In this document: piece after piece, positions 36,905 to 45,374 of the stretch
How positions within the stretch are numbered: the first letter of the stretch is position 1
How the letters are laid out: each line of letters opens with the position of its first letter
Virus record (IMG/VR): IMGVR_UViG_3300021495_000001
Location: 18,536 to 82,535 of that record
Origin: a virus
Length of the DNA stretch: 64,000 nt
Reading direction: 5' to 3' (one strand)
Notes under the pieces: generated by a model
Seen by the model: the letters and a program-made list of their open reading frames with translations, nothing else
Databases searched by the model: none
Told to the model about the DNA's origin: nothing
Translations under genes and position numbers: made by a program

Positions 36905-37548
36905 TGGAGGAGATTACAACTGTTCGGAATAGACTAGAACAATACAAGGGAAAGAGACAACAACTGGAGCAGATGGTAGAGGAGGTCTCAAGTGAGCTGA
37001 AAGCCAGGAAAAGACTGTTGGACAGATATGAGCGGGCATTGGAGATAGTAAAAGTGGTGGGGTTGCAGACCCAGAAACAGCTTGAATATCATCTTGCTGA
37101 GCAGGTTAGTTTGGCTTTGGCTGCAGTCTTTGACTACCCGTATGAGTTCAAGGTTAGGTTTCAGGAGAAGCGGGGGAAAACTGAGGCAGAACTTCTACTG
37201 GCAAGAAATGGAATGGAAATACACTCCATGAAGTTTGTTGGGGGTGGAGTGAGGGATGTTGCATCACTGGGATTACGGGTGGCTTACTGGGCTATGAGGC
37301 AAGATAGAAAGACAAGGCCAGTGTTTTTACTGGATGAACCTTTTGCCCACCTGAAGGGTGAGGAGGCCAATTATAGGGCATTGGCTTTATTGCAGGAGAT
37401 GTCACAGAAGCTTGGTATCCAGATATTAATGGTGAGTGATGAGCGTGTTCCCCGTGAGGTTATTTCAGACACTGCTGACAGGGTGTTTGTGGTGGAGATG
37501 AGAAAAGGGGTTAGCAGGGTAAAGAAGGAGGGGAAGGAAGATGCCTAA
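36904..37548 (+). CDS. Rad50/SbcC-like ATPase, C-terminal half (signature, Walker B)
   Basis: Coiled-coil N-terminus, FVGGGVRDVASLGLRVAY (signature-like), PVFLLDEPFAHL (Walker B/D-loop). Confidence 0.6.
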   Translation: MEEITTVRNRLEQYKGKRQQLEQMVEEVSSELKARKRLLDRYERALEIVKVVGLQTQKQLEYHLAEQVSLALAAVFDYPYEFKVRFQEKRGKTEAELLLARNGMEIHSMKFVGGGVRDVASLGLRVAYWAMRQDRKTRPVFLLDEPFAHLKGEEANYRALALLQEMSQKLGIQILMVSDERVPREVISDTADRVFVVEMRKGVSRVKKEGKEDA

Positions 37549-37780
37549 GATGAAACTGTATGTATGGCCTAAAGTGGTGGCATTAAGTCAATATGATGAT
37601 GGTATTGCTTTTGCCTTAGCTCCAGATAAAAAGAGCGCAGTAGATGCCGTCCTCAAAAAGTTTAAGAAGGAATCCAGATATTGGCAAGATGATTATGCAC
37701 GTTTGGCTAAGGAACTTGAGGAGACAGAGCCCCTTATTGTTGAAAACATAGAAGGGTTTTGGGTATATGGGTCAGATTAA
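37541..37780 (+). CDS. Hypothetical protein
   Basis: Collinear ORF; loosely resembles the 24105/24319 paralogs (KLYVW...GIAFALAPDKKSAVDAVLKKF). Confidence 0.4.
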   Translation: MPKMKLYVWPKVVALSQYDDGIAFALAPDKKSAVDAVLKKFKKESRYWQDDYARLAKELEETEPLIVENIEGFWVYGSD

Positions 37781-37814
37781 GTTTAGGGGGGAGGCATGAA
37801 GGAGAGGTTTGAAA

Positions 37815-38018
37815 ATGAATATAGATTATAGTAGCTATGATGATAAAGGTTTGGTGAATGTGTATATATTTAGTTATCCTGATGATGATAATGCTACAAA
37901 GCTGGAAGGGGAGTTAAGAAAACGAGGATTGTTTGAATGGGCACACCAAATGTTTAATAAGCTATATGAAATATTTAATGATGAGTGGGATAAAAGAGTG
38001 AATGAGGTTAAAACATGA
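37815..38018 (+). CDS. Hypothetical protein
   Basis: ATG at 37815 after AAGGAGAGG. Confidence 0.4.
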   Translation: MNIDYSSYDDKGLVNVYIFSYPDDDNATKLEGELRKRGLFEWAHQMFNKLYEIFNDEWDKRVNEVKT

Positions 38019-38341
38019 AGAAAGATTTAAAATACTATTTAAATTTGCCTTATACTATCAGAATATTCAAATACATTGAATACAATGGCAAAGAATATTT
38101 TGGTGCAGAAATACCTGAGTTGCCTGGTTGTGGAGCTGAAGGTAGGACTAGAAAGGAGGCTCTAAAAAAATTACAAGAAGCAAAAAGAGCATGGATAGAA
38201 GTTAGCCTTGAAAGAGGATTGGATATTCCTGAACCAAAGAATAATGTAAACGTTGTTACTATATATGATATTGATACTACAAATATAACAGCTAGCATTG
38301 AAATAGGCAATAATAGCAGATGCAAGAAGGCAGAAATATAA
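38015..38341 (+). CDS. hicB: HicB-family antitoxin-like protein
   Basis: YTIRIFKYIEYNGKEYFGAEIPELPGCGAEGRTRKEALKKLQEAKRAWIE fits the UPF0150/HicB N-domain. Confidence 0.6.
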   Translation: MKKDLKYYLNLPYTIRIFKYIEYNGKEYFGAEIPELPGCGAEGRTRKEALKKLQEAKRAWIEVSLERGLDIPEPKNNVNVVTIYDIDTTNITASIEIGNNSRCKKAEI

Positions 38342-38376
38342 GAAGTTAAAGAGAGAGTATAAAAAGGGGAAATAAA

Positions 38377-38760
38377 ATGAAAAAAGATGCATTAGAAATG
38401 AGTAAAGCAATTCGTAGGGCAATTTTTGTCTATGAAGGAGCAAGATTACATGCAAGAATGCTTAATTGTCCAGTAATTCCTGAACCTTGGAATGAACGAG
38501 AGGAAGAATTTAAGTCACAATTTATTGAGCTTGTGGATGATTTAATTACAGGGAAACGAGTATTTTCTGACCCTAGAACCGCACATGATTCTTGGATGAA
38601 GAAGTATGAAGAAATGGGATGGATATTTGGTAAAGAGTATGACCCAGACAGAAAAATACATCCAGACCTTGTTCCCTATGAAAAATTAGACCCGAGAGAA
38701 AAGGTGAAGGATGATGTGTTTCTTACTCTAGTTAATATAGCAGGTGAATACATCTGGTAA
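38377..38760 (+). CDS. RyR-domain protein
   Basis: AHDSWMKKYEEMGWIFGKEYDPDRKIHPDLVPYEKLDPREKVKDD matches the ryanodine-receptor (RyR) repeat consensus as I recall it from other phage proteins. Confidence 0.6.
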   Translation: MKKDALEMSKAIRRAIFVYEGARLHARMLNCPVIPEPWNEREEEFKSQFIELVDDLITGKRVFSDPRTAHDSWMKKYEEMGWIFGKEYDPDRKIHPDLVPYEKLDPREKVKDDVFLTLVNIAGEYIW

Positions 38761-38763
38761 GCA

Positions 38764-39444
38764 ATGATTTACCCCCAACCTTCAATACAGCTTGTTGATA
38801 CACCCATTGATTTGGGTACAGCAAGAATATGCTTTACTGAGAGGCAACTAGATTGGGTATTGGAAAAGAGGATTAGAGGGGAGATTGAAGAATTATGGGT
38901 GAAAATTAAATTTATCGGAATGAATACGAGAAAACATAACAAAGTGACGCTGATAAACGAGATGGTTGATAAGATTAAAAAGATGTCATTTGATGATAAA
39001 TTGGCATTGATACCTAGATTGATTGAGAGTGAAACATATCTCTTTGCCATATTACTTGGTGAGCCTCAATACTATTTCAAGGAAGTTCTTTTTAATGACC
39101 CTAGAAGAAGGCATATCCGTTTTATTATTTGCAAGAGGTGCGGACAAATGCGTATTCATAAAAGTAAGGGGCTATGCGTTCATTGTTATGGATACCTCAA
39201 GCGAGACAAAAAGATTAAATATGGGATAAGAGAAGTGACAAGAGGCAATAAAGTGATTTGCACCCGTTGTAAAAGATTGAGAAAGCATCATAGTGCGGGA
39301 TTATGCACAGTTTGTTATCATCATCTTAGAAGGAAAAAAGTGTGGAATAAGTATGTTGAGTTGTTAATAATTAAATTGTTAATGATTATAGGAGGCAAGA
39401 AATGGATATTGAAAAGGAATGTGACAAAATTGAAGAGGAAATAA
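38764..39444 (+). CDS. Tandem zinc-ribbon protein
   Basis: CKRCGQMRIHKSKGLCVHCYGYL and CTRCKRLRKHHSAGLCTVCYHHL. Confidence 0.45.
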   Translation: MIYPQPSIQLVDTPIDLGTARICFTERQLDWVLEKRIRGEIEELWVKIKFIGMNTRKHNKVTLINEMVDKIKKMSFDDKLALIPRLIESETYLFAILLGEPQYYFKEVLFNDPRRRHIRFIICKRCGQMRIHKSKGLCVHCYGYLKRDKKIKYGIREVTRGNKVICTRCKRLRKHHSAGLCTVCYHHLRRKKVWNKYVELLIIKLLMIIGGKKWILKRNVTKLKRK

Positions 39445-39620
39445 TGCAAGCTTCTGGATTAGATAACAATCAATATTCAAATGAAGAAATTAGAAAAGAA
39501 TTTGAAGAATTTAAAAAAGATATGGCTGAAATAAAAGAATTCATAGAGAATTTTGAAAAGAAATTTACACAGTTAGTAGTTGAGCTTGCTAAGAGAGAAT
39601 ATTATAGGAGGCAACCATGA
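39402..39620 (+). CDS. Hypothetical acidic protein
   Basis: Collinear ORF. Confidence 0.35.
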   Translation: MDIEKECDKIEEEIMQASGLDNNQYSNEEIRKEFEEFKKDMAEIKEFIENFEKKFTQLVVELAKREYYRRQP

Positions 39621-39949
39621 AAGAACTTACTAAAAAGCAGTATAATAAAATTTTGAAAGAACTTAGAGAGATTAAACAGATTATGGCTACAAAGAATGAG
39701 ACTGCTAAAAACAAAGGTAATGAAAACAATAGAGAGATAAAGGACATCGTTGAAGATATAGGAGATATTACAGACAGGATATGTGAAAGAATTGATAGTA
39801 TGTGCCATAAAATGAATGAAGCTATTCTTGAAGCGTATGGTATGCCAATTTCTCCTCGGAGAAGATGTAGAAATGTAACTCGTCCAATTTATTATAGGGA
39901 AGATGGTATCAATAGCACGAGGGCAAGAAGCACTAATTATATATATTAA
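39617..39949 (+). CDS. Hypothetical protein
   Basis: Collinear ORF. Confidence 0.35.
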   Translation: MKELTKKQYNKILKELREIKQIMATKNETAKNKGNENNREIKDIVEDIGDITDRICERIDSMCHKMNEAILEAYGMPISPRRRCRNVTRPIYYREDGINSTRARSTNYIY

Positions 39950-39956
39950 AGAAATT

Positions 39957-40253
39957 ATGGAGGCCATTATGAAAGAAATTATCTCACGCCAACTTAAATG
40001 GCAGAGGAAAATGTTGGAAGAGGGCAGGTGTATCATCTGTGGAAAACCTGCTATTCCAAAAAGTAAATATTGCGTGAGGTGTTGGCTAAATCAATACATA
40101 AGATATGCTAGCAGAAGGAAAAAGCCTGTAAAGTTTAAAAATTCAAAAACTGTTAGGGCATTGCAGTTGCTTGTAAATGAAGATTGGGAGAGGAAAAATA
40201 AAGTTGAGTATAGACCTTTTTCACCCATTACAGAATACGGGCTCGGACAATAG
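39957..40253 (+). CDS. Zinc-ribbon protein
   Basis: CIICGKPAIPKSKYCVRCW; start uncertain (39957 or 39966). Confidence 0.35.
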   Translation: MEAIMKEIISRQLKWQRKMLEEGRCIICGKPAIPKSKYCVRCWLNQYIRYASRRKKPVKFKNSKTVRALQLLVNEDWERKNKVEYRPFSPITEYGLGQ

Positions 40254-40266
40254 AGAGGAATTGAAA

Positions 40267-40446
40267 ATGAAAAAAAGAGCATTAATTTGGGAAAAAGATT
40301 TTAATCTTGGCTTGTGGTTTATAACTAAAGAGGTAAAAGTTATAGAGGAAACGCCAAGAGCGGTAAAGATAAAGAAATTTATAGGAAGTAAATGGATACC
40401 CAAAAGAGGATTTGGTTTAAGAGTGGAGATGATAAAAAATGAGTAA
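40267..40446 (+). CDS. Hypothetical small protein
   Basis: Internal Met of ORF 40177..40446. Confidence 0.3.
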   Translation: MKKRALIWEKDFNLGLWFITKEVKVIEETPRAVKIKKFIGSKWIPKRGFGLRVEMIKNE

Positions 40447-40966
40447 GTATCATGGAAAGGAACTTAGATTATTTATCTCAAATAAAGAAGGCAAAGAATT
40501 ATTTGAATGGGCTGATAAACTTAGCCCTACTCTTGCTGAAAAAGTTAAAAGTGCAGTTGCCCGTGCTTTATCTGGATGCTCTAATGGGTCTTTCCTTTGG
40601 AATGTTTTTTATTATTACCAGTGTGATGCTGAAAGAGTAAGGGAAGGATTAAGGGAACAATACAAAGAAAAAGGCACAATAGAAATGGGGAAGCGATGGG
40701 GATTTGATTATCATACAATACAAGAAGGACTTAAAGAATTAGGCATTGAAATTAAACCCAGAATATACAACAACGCACCATATGGATTAGCAAGCGAGGC
40801 ATTTGAGAAATATGGTGGGATAGAAGCAGTTTTGAAACAATATAGTGTAACAAAATTCAGTAAAATTTGTAAACTCTCCGTTTCTTGTTTATTACAATAT
40901 TTAAATAAACAGGGGTATTATTATGATAGAGAAGAGAGAAGATGGAAAATTAAATCTAATAAATAA
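40439..40966 (+). CDS. Hypothetical protein
   Basis: Collinear ORF. Confidence 0.4.
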   Translation: MSKYHGKELRLFISNKEGKELFEWADKLSPTLAEKVKSAVARALSGCSNGSFLWNVFYYYQCDAERVREGLREQYKEKGTIEMGKRWGFDYHTIQEGLKELGIEIKPRIYNNAPYGLASEAFEKYGGIEAVLKQYSVTKFSKICKLSVSCLLQYLNKQGYYYDREERRWKIKSNK

Positions 40967-41462
40967 TCTCATTAGTGATGATTTTCTTAATTATGGTGCA
41001 GCAGTCTTTGCCCAGATAAAGATTGCAGAGGAAGTTATAGGTAAATATAAAGAAGATTATCCTCTTGTAGATAAGTGTTTTTTAGCTTTTCGTACAAGGC
41101 TCATTGAACCTGATTTTGCACCTTGGATTTTCCGTTCTCACTGCAAAGAGATTGCAGACAGACTGAAAAAAGTTGGAAAAAGGTGGAGTAAAAAGCAAAT
41201 CTTTGGCCTAATGCAACCACCCACAAAAGCAGAGATTGTGTGCGCTCTTTCAAAGGCCAGTATGCTTGCACCATTGAGACGGGATGGAGCAGCATTGGCA
41301 TTACACTATTTTAATGAGATTGCTAAAGAGGAAGGAAAGGAATTTAAGATTGAATATGTCCCAATATCTGATTTAGAACTGAAACAAGCAGAGGAAGAAA
41401 TTGTCCATCATTTAAGCAAACTTGGTGAGGGAAGGGCTAAGATAGTTTGGGAGAGATTTTAG
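40923..41462 (+). CDS. Hypothetical protein
   Basis: Collinear ORF. Confidence 0.4.
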   Translation: MIEKREDGKLNLINNLISDDFLNYGAAVFAQIKIAEEVIGKYKEDYPLVDKCFLAFRTRLIEPDFAPWIFRSHCKEIADRLKKVGKRWSKKQIFGLMQPPTKAEIVCALSKASMLAPLRRDGAALALHYFNEIAKEEGKEFKIEYVPISDLELKQAEEEIVHHLSKLGEGRAKIVWERF

Positions 41463-41471
41463 GAGGTAGAA

Positions 41472-42092
41472 ATGGAAAAACATGACAAAGAGTATTTGGA
41501 GATGTGCCAAAAAGCAGGGGAGATACAGAAAATCTGGAAACCTAGAGCCGGAGATTGGGTTATAGACATCCAGAATGATAGTATATGTATAATCTGTTTA
41601 GTAAGGGGGGACAATCCTGATTATTTTTACCTTGTTGGTACTGACGCTGATAACCCAAACGATTTTTATCAACATTATATCTCAAAAGTTTATTGGCTCC
41701 CAACTCAAAGCCAATTACAAGAAATGTTAGGGATAGCTGATGATATAAAACCTGCCTTATTGGAGGAGATTACCCAGCTTAGGTATAAATATAATTATGA
41801 GAGTAGTAGTGGAGACGTCAGTCTGAATGGAGAAAAGTTGTGGTTAGTGTTTTATATGTGGAAGAAACATAGAAAATTATGGAATGTAGAAAAACAATGT
41901 TGGGAAAGGGAGATGTTCGATGAGGCTTTGAAGGAGAAAATTAGAAATGCTTTGTCTTATTGGGATGAGGATGAGAGCTTACTTTTGAATGATGGCGTGG
42001 AGGCAGTCATAAATGTTTTCAAAGAATGGATAAAAGAGAATAGGGGGGTGATTTTAAAGTGGCTAGATGAAAGGAGACTAACCGATGGCTAA
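41472..42092 (+). CDS. Hypothetical phage protein
   Basis: YWLPTQSQLQEML motif, which I recall from uncharacterised phage proteins (not checked). Confidence 0.4.
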   Translation: MEKHDKEYLEMCQKAGEIQKIWKPRAGDWVIDIQNDSICIICLVRGDNPDYFYLVGTDADNPNDFYQHYISKVYWLPTQSQLQEMLGIADDIKPALLEEITQLRYKYNYESSSGDVSLNGEKLWLVFYMWKKHRKLWNVEKQCWEREMFDEALKEKIRNALSYWDEDESLLLNDGVEAVINVFKEWIKENRGVILKWLDERRLTDG

Positions 42093-42249
42093 AAGAAAGA
42101 GAAAAGCTAGAGAAATAAGATATTATTATACAGGGGAAGATGAGCATAAAGTTTATCGTGATCGTGCAATTATAAATGCACTTGGAAAGGCTCTTAAAGA
42201 GTGGGTGAGGGAAAGTAAAAAAGGCAGTAAAGGGGAGGATAGTAAATGA
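42085..42249 (+). CDS. Small basic protein (54 aa)
   Basis: MAKRKRKAREIRYYYTGEDEHKVYRDRAIINAL; ATGA overlap with the next gene. Confidence 0.3.
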   Translation: MAKRKRKAREIRYYYTGEDEHKVYRDRAIINALGKALKEWVRESKKGSKGEDSK

Positions 42250-42533
42250 ATACACTTTGTCTTTTTAAAGTAACAGTTAAGGGGTTTTGTGGTAAGCGAT
42301 ACAAAACTGTGTATGTAATATCTGATAATTTGGATGATGCTTATCAAACTTATAGGAATTTTTTGGATAATCAAGACTTGGGATTTGAACATGCAGGAGA
42401 TAGGGAATTAGAGAAAATAGAGTTGGTAGCTAAACTTTACAAAGAAGCTGAAAGCGAATGTAAAATGTTATTTATATCAAATAGAATTAGTGAAAAGTTA
42501 TGTGAAAGGGGCAAACTATGGGAAACAAGGTAA
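42246..42533 (+). CDS. Hypothetical protein
   Basis: Collinear, tightly packed upstream of the csf1-like gene. Confidence 0.4.
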   Translation: MNTLCLFKVTVKGFCGKRYKTVYVISDNLDDAYQTYRNFLDNQDLGFEHAGDRELEKIELVAKLYKEAESECKMLFISNRISEKLCERGKLWETR

Positions 42534-42742
42534 ATCAGACAAAACCAGATAAAGAGTATTGGTTAATGATTGCTGGCCAAGTTCATTCAATTATTGCCTT
42601 GGTTCGTAGCTCTATTAAATTGGAAGATGTAGAGAGATTAAACCGTTTCTTGATGACTTATGAGGCAATAGCTTTGTTTAAAGAGGAATATCCCAAATTG
42701 GTAACGAGAGTGCGAATAATAGAGAATGCATTTAAGTGGTAA
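42518..42742 (+). CDS. Hypothetical protein
   Basis: Collinear ORF. Confidence 0.4.
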   Translation: MGNKVNQTKPDKEYWLMIAGQVHSIIALVRSSIKLEDVERLNRFLMTYEAIALFKEEYPKLVTRVRIIENAFKW

Positions 42743-42748
42743 AGGGCT

Positions 42749-43393
42749 ATGGGGGCGGATAAGGCTAAAGCTATAACCCTTTCTGAACTATGCACTCATA
42801 TTTTCCCTCCTCCCAAGGGAAGAAAAGGAAAGGGGGTTTGTGTTTGGTGTGGGAAGGAAGTAGATGAGATGTTTGATATCAAGGTTTCTGATAATTTTAT
42901 GGGGTGGTGTTATTTTTCATTTGGGGATTGTATGTGTAGGTATTGTTATGCTTTTTTCTCTAAACAGTCCTTCAGGAAAAAGAGTTGGGTGGCTACAAAG
43001 AGTGGAGTGAAATTCATAAAAAGAGATGAGATTATGGAGCTTCTCCTCCAACCACCAAAGCCCCCTTGGTTTCTATATATTACAAAAACAGGCCAAAAGC
43101 AGGGGTGGTTGCACTGTATTCATAAGGTGAACTTGTCTTCTTTCTCCTTCACAGTTGCCTTTGAGCCCTTTGATTTTCCAGTTCAGACAAACATCTCTGA
43201 GGTTCATGCTTTACATAATCTTCTATCTTTTCTGAGAGAGAGAAAAGTGACAAAAACAGAACTTTTAACTGGTGTGTTTAAGATGAAGACTTACGAGAGG
43301 GCAATAAAAGAGGGGTATGAAGAGGAGTTAAAAAGAGCTAAAAAATATGCAGGAAAAGGAATATGGGAGGTAATGTGTCATGTCATCAAATGA
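42749..43393 (+). CDS. csf1: Type IV CRISPR-associated large subunit Csf1-like (Cas8-like)
   Basis: N-terminal zinc-finger cysteines CVWCGKE ... CMCRYCY. PPKPPWFLYITKTGQKQGW resembles my recollection of a Csf1 PPxPPF segment. It is first in a csf1-cas11-csf2-csf3 order. Confidence 0.6.
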   Translation: MGADKAKAITLSELCTHIFPPPKGRKGKGVCVWCGKEVDEMFDIKVSDNFMGWCYFSFGDCMCRYCYAFFSKQSFRKKSWVATKSGVKFIKRDEIMELLLQPPKPPWFLYITKTGQKQGWLHCIHKVNLSSFSFTVAFEPFDFPVQTNISEVHALHNLLSFLRERKVTKTELLTGVFKMKTYERAIKEGYEEELKRAKKYAGKGIWEVMCHVIK

Positions 43394-43787
43394 TAAAGAG
43401 AGTAAACTGGTTGTCTTTTTAGCACTTGTTTACATGCGTGTTCCATGGGGGAAGATGCAGATGGGGAAGAATGTTTGGGATGTGTTTAACCACCGTGTCC
43501 GTGCTGCATCTAGAAAAGGGACTATGCAAGCATTTGCAAGCAAGTTATGTAACTATTTTGGGATACAGTCTCTGCCCCCAGAGGCTGTGCTCATTCTAGA
43601 TGACCTTATCCCTGATCAAGAAAGAGTGCTAAACCTGCTATATATGGAACATATACCAATTTGCATGAGAGCAGTAATAAAAGCAAAAGAGATTAGAGAA
43701 GCTAAAAAAGAGAAAGAGAAAGAGAAACAACAGAAAAAGGAGGAAAAGAATGGGGAAAAATTACAAAACGGTCTGTGGACTGTGTGA
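43380..43787 (+). CDS. cas11: Cas11-like small subunit (type IV-B)
   Basis: 135 aa. Called mainly from its position between the csf1-like and csf2-like genes, as in type IV-B loci. No motif-level evidence. Confidence 0.45.
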   Translation: MSSNDKESKLVVFLALVYMRVPWGKMQMGKNVWDVFNHRVRAASRKGTMQAFASKLCNYFGIQSLPPEAVLILDDLIPDQERVLNLLYMEHIPICMRAVIKAKEIREAKKEKEKEKQQKKEEKNGEKLQNGLWTV

Positions 43788-44583
43788 GGCAAAAACCCCG
43801 ATTTTTCATGGAGGAAATGAAAAAACAGGGAGCACCCCTATCCTTCGCACCATTATGATTTGGCATGAAGGGGGTGGGGTTAGCATCCCCTACATCCATG
43901 GGAATGCAGTGCGGGGAAAGCTGAGACGGATGATTATGAAAGATATGCTAGAGGTGGTTGGATACTCTGTGACAAACAAAAAGTTGCACCACTCTCTGTT
44001 TTCTGGTGGAGTGTTAGAGGGAACTGAAAAAACAAGTGGAGTTCTAGATTTAACATTAAGGAAAGAAATTGTGGACATGCTCCCCCCTATTTCTCTATTT
44101 GGCTGTGGGATAGGAAACCAGTTGATACAAGGGAAGCTTGTGGTTGGACATATGTGGCCTATTTGCAAGGAGTATAAAGCCTTTCTTCCTACTAGCTTCC
44201 AAGGTGACCAGCGGGCGCAGCAGCCTGTTCGTGTCTTTACAGATGAGTCTTTTATCACTAGGAGGGATGATTTGCGAGAGGAGAGGGAAAAAGATAAGCA
44301 GGCTGTCCAGATGAAAGTAGATTATGAGTGCTTTATCCCTGGGACAGCCTTTTACCATGAGTTCAAACTCCTTTTTACAAACGCAGTGGAGGAAAGTTGC
44401 TTTTCACGCTTGCTATCCCTGTGGAAAATGTATCCAAACGTTGGTGGCCGTGGGAGTTCAGGTGATGGGTTGTTAATTTTAAACTATGACTGGGAAGGCA
44501 AAGATGATGTATATATGGAACATTTAAGCACAAAGGCCAAAGAGATTGCATCCTTGTTAAAAAAACTGGAGGAAATGTTGTGA
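43750..44583 (+). CDS. csf2: Csf2 (Cas7-family RAMP backbone subunit, type IV)
   Basis: TPIFHGGNEKTG...IPYIHGNAVRGKLRR, ISLFGCGIGNQLIQGKLVVGHMWPIC: RAMP/Cas7 hallmarks. Confidence 0.7.
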   Translation: MGKNYKTVCGLCEAKTPIFHGGNEKTGSTPILRTIMIWHEGGGVSIPYIHGNAVRGKLRRMIMKDMLEVVGYSVTNKKLHHSLFSGGVLEGTEKTSGVLDLTLRKEIVDMLPPISLFGCGIGNQLIQGKLVVGHMWPICKEYKAFLPTSFQGDQRAQQPVRVFTDESFITRRDDLREEREKDKQAVQMKVDYECFIPGTAFYHEFKLLFTNAVEESCFSRLLSLWKMYPNVGGRGSSGDGLLILNYDWEGKDDVYMEHLSTKAKEIASLLKKLEEML

Positions 44584-45374
44584 TGATCCCCGTCTTATAT
44601 GAAAAGCAAAGAGAGGAGATAGAGTATTTTGTTTCAAAGATAGAAAGGCAGAAACAGAAACAAAGGTTAAATAGATTTACCAATTTTAAAATCACTTTTA
44701 CTCTCTCTTCTCCAATCTGCATCACCACCCCATGGCTTAATTTTGACAGCCTTATAGGGCATCTTATGACTATGGAGAGTTTGGATAGGGAGTATTTTGT
44801 TACGGATAAAAAAATTAACTTAGCAAAATATATGTCAGGTGGGGGGTTACCGTATGGGTCTTTATGGCATGAAGAAGAAGGGCTGGCTGTTCCAACAGTG
44901 AGTGTTGGATATTCAGAAGAACCTTTTGAACCTCGTGTAGAGGTTTTGTATAAGCGGTTTGAGGGGTATCATGCATCATTCAAAGGAAAGATAAGGGTTG
45001 GCTCTGGACATTTCCGTAACTTTATGATTCGTCATATTTATATCCCCATAAAAAAGGTTATTTTCTTTGTGAAAGGGGATAAAGAGTTTATCTACAACTT
45101 ACTAAAGAGAAATCTATTTGCCCTTGGCAATGATGTTCGTGTAGGTTATGGGTTTATAAAAAATATGTCAGTCAGAGATATGGAGAAGGATTACTCTATT
45201 GTGATGAATGGAAAAGCTATGCGTCCGCTCCCTGTGGAATTCTGCAAGAGTTATGAAGAAGTGGCCCCTCTTCCATACAAACCACCGTATTGGGAGAAAA
45301 GAAATGTGCGGATGTGTGTACCCCCTTTTACTAGGTGTGAGTTGAAAGAAAAGTGGAGGAAGTATTACGGGTGA
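44580..45374 (+). CDS. csf3: Csf3 (Cas5-family RAMP, type IV)
   Basis: FKITFTLSSPICITTPWLNFDSLIGHL N-terminal RAMP strand/helix; G-rich loop LGNDVRVGYGFI near the C-terminus. Confidence 0.65.
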   Translation: MMIPVLYEKQREEIEYFVSKIERQKQKQRLNRFTNFKITFTLSSPICITTPWLNFDSLIGHLMTMESLDREYFVTDKKINLAKYMSGGGLPYGSLWHEEEGLAVPTVSVGYSEEPFEPRVEVLYKRFEGYHASFKGKIRVGSGHFRNFMIRHIYIPIKKVIFFVKGDKEFIYNLLKRNLFALGNDVRVGYGFIKNMSVRDMEKDYSIVMNGKAMRPLPVEFCKSYEEVAPLPYKPPYWEKRNVRMCVPPFTRCELKEKWRKYYG

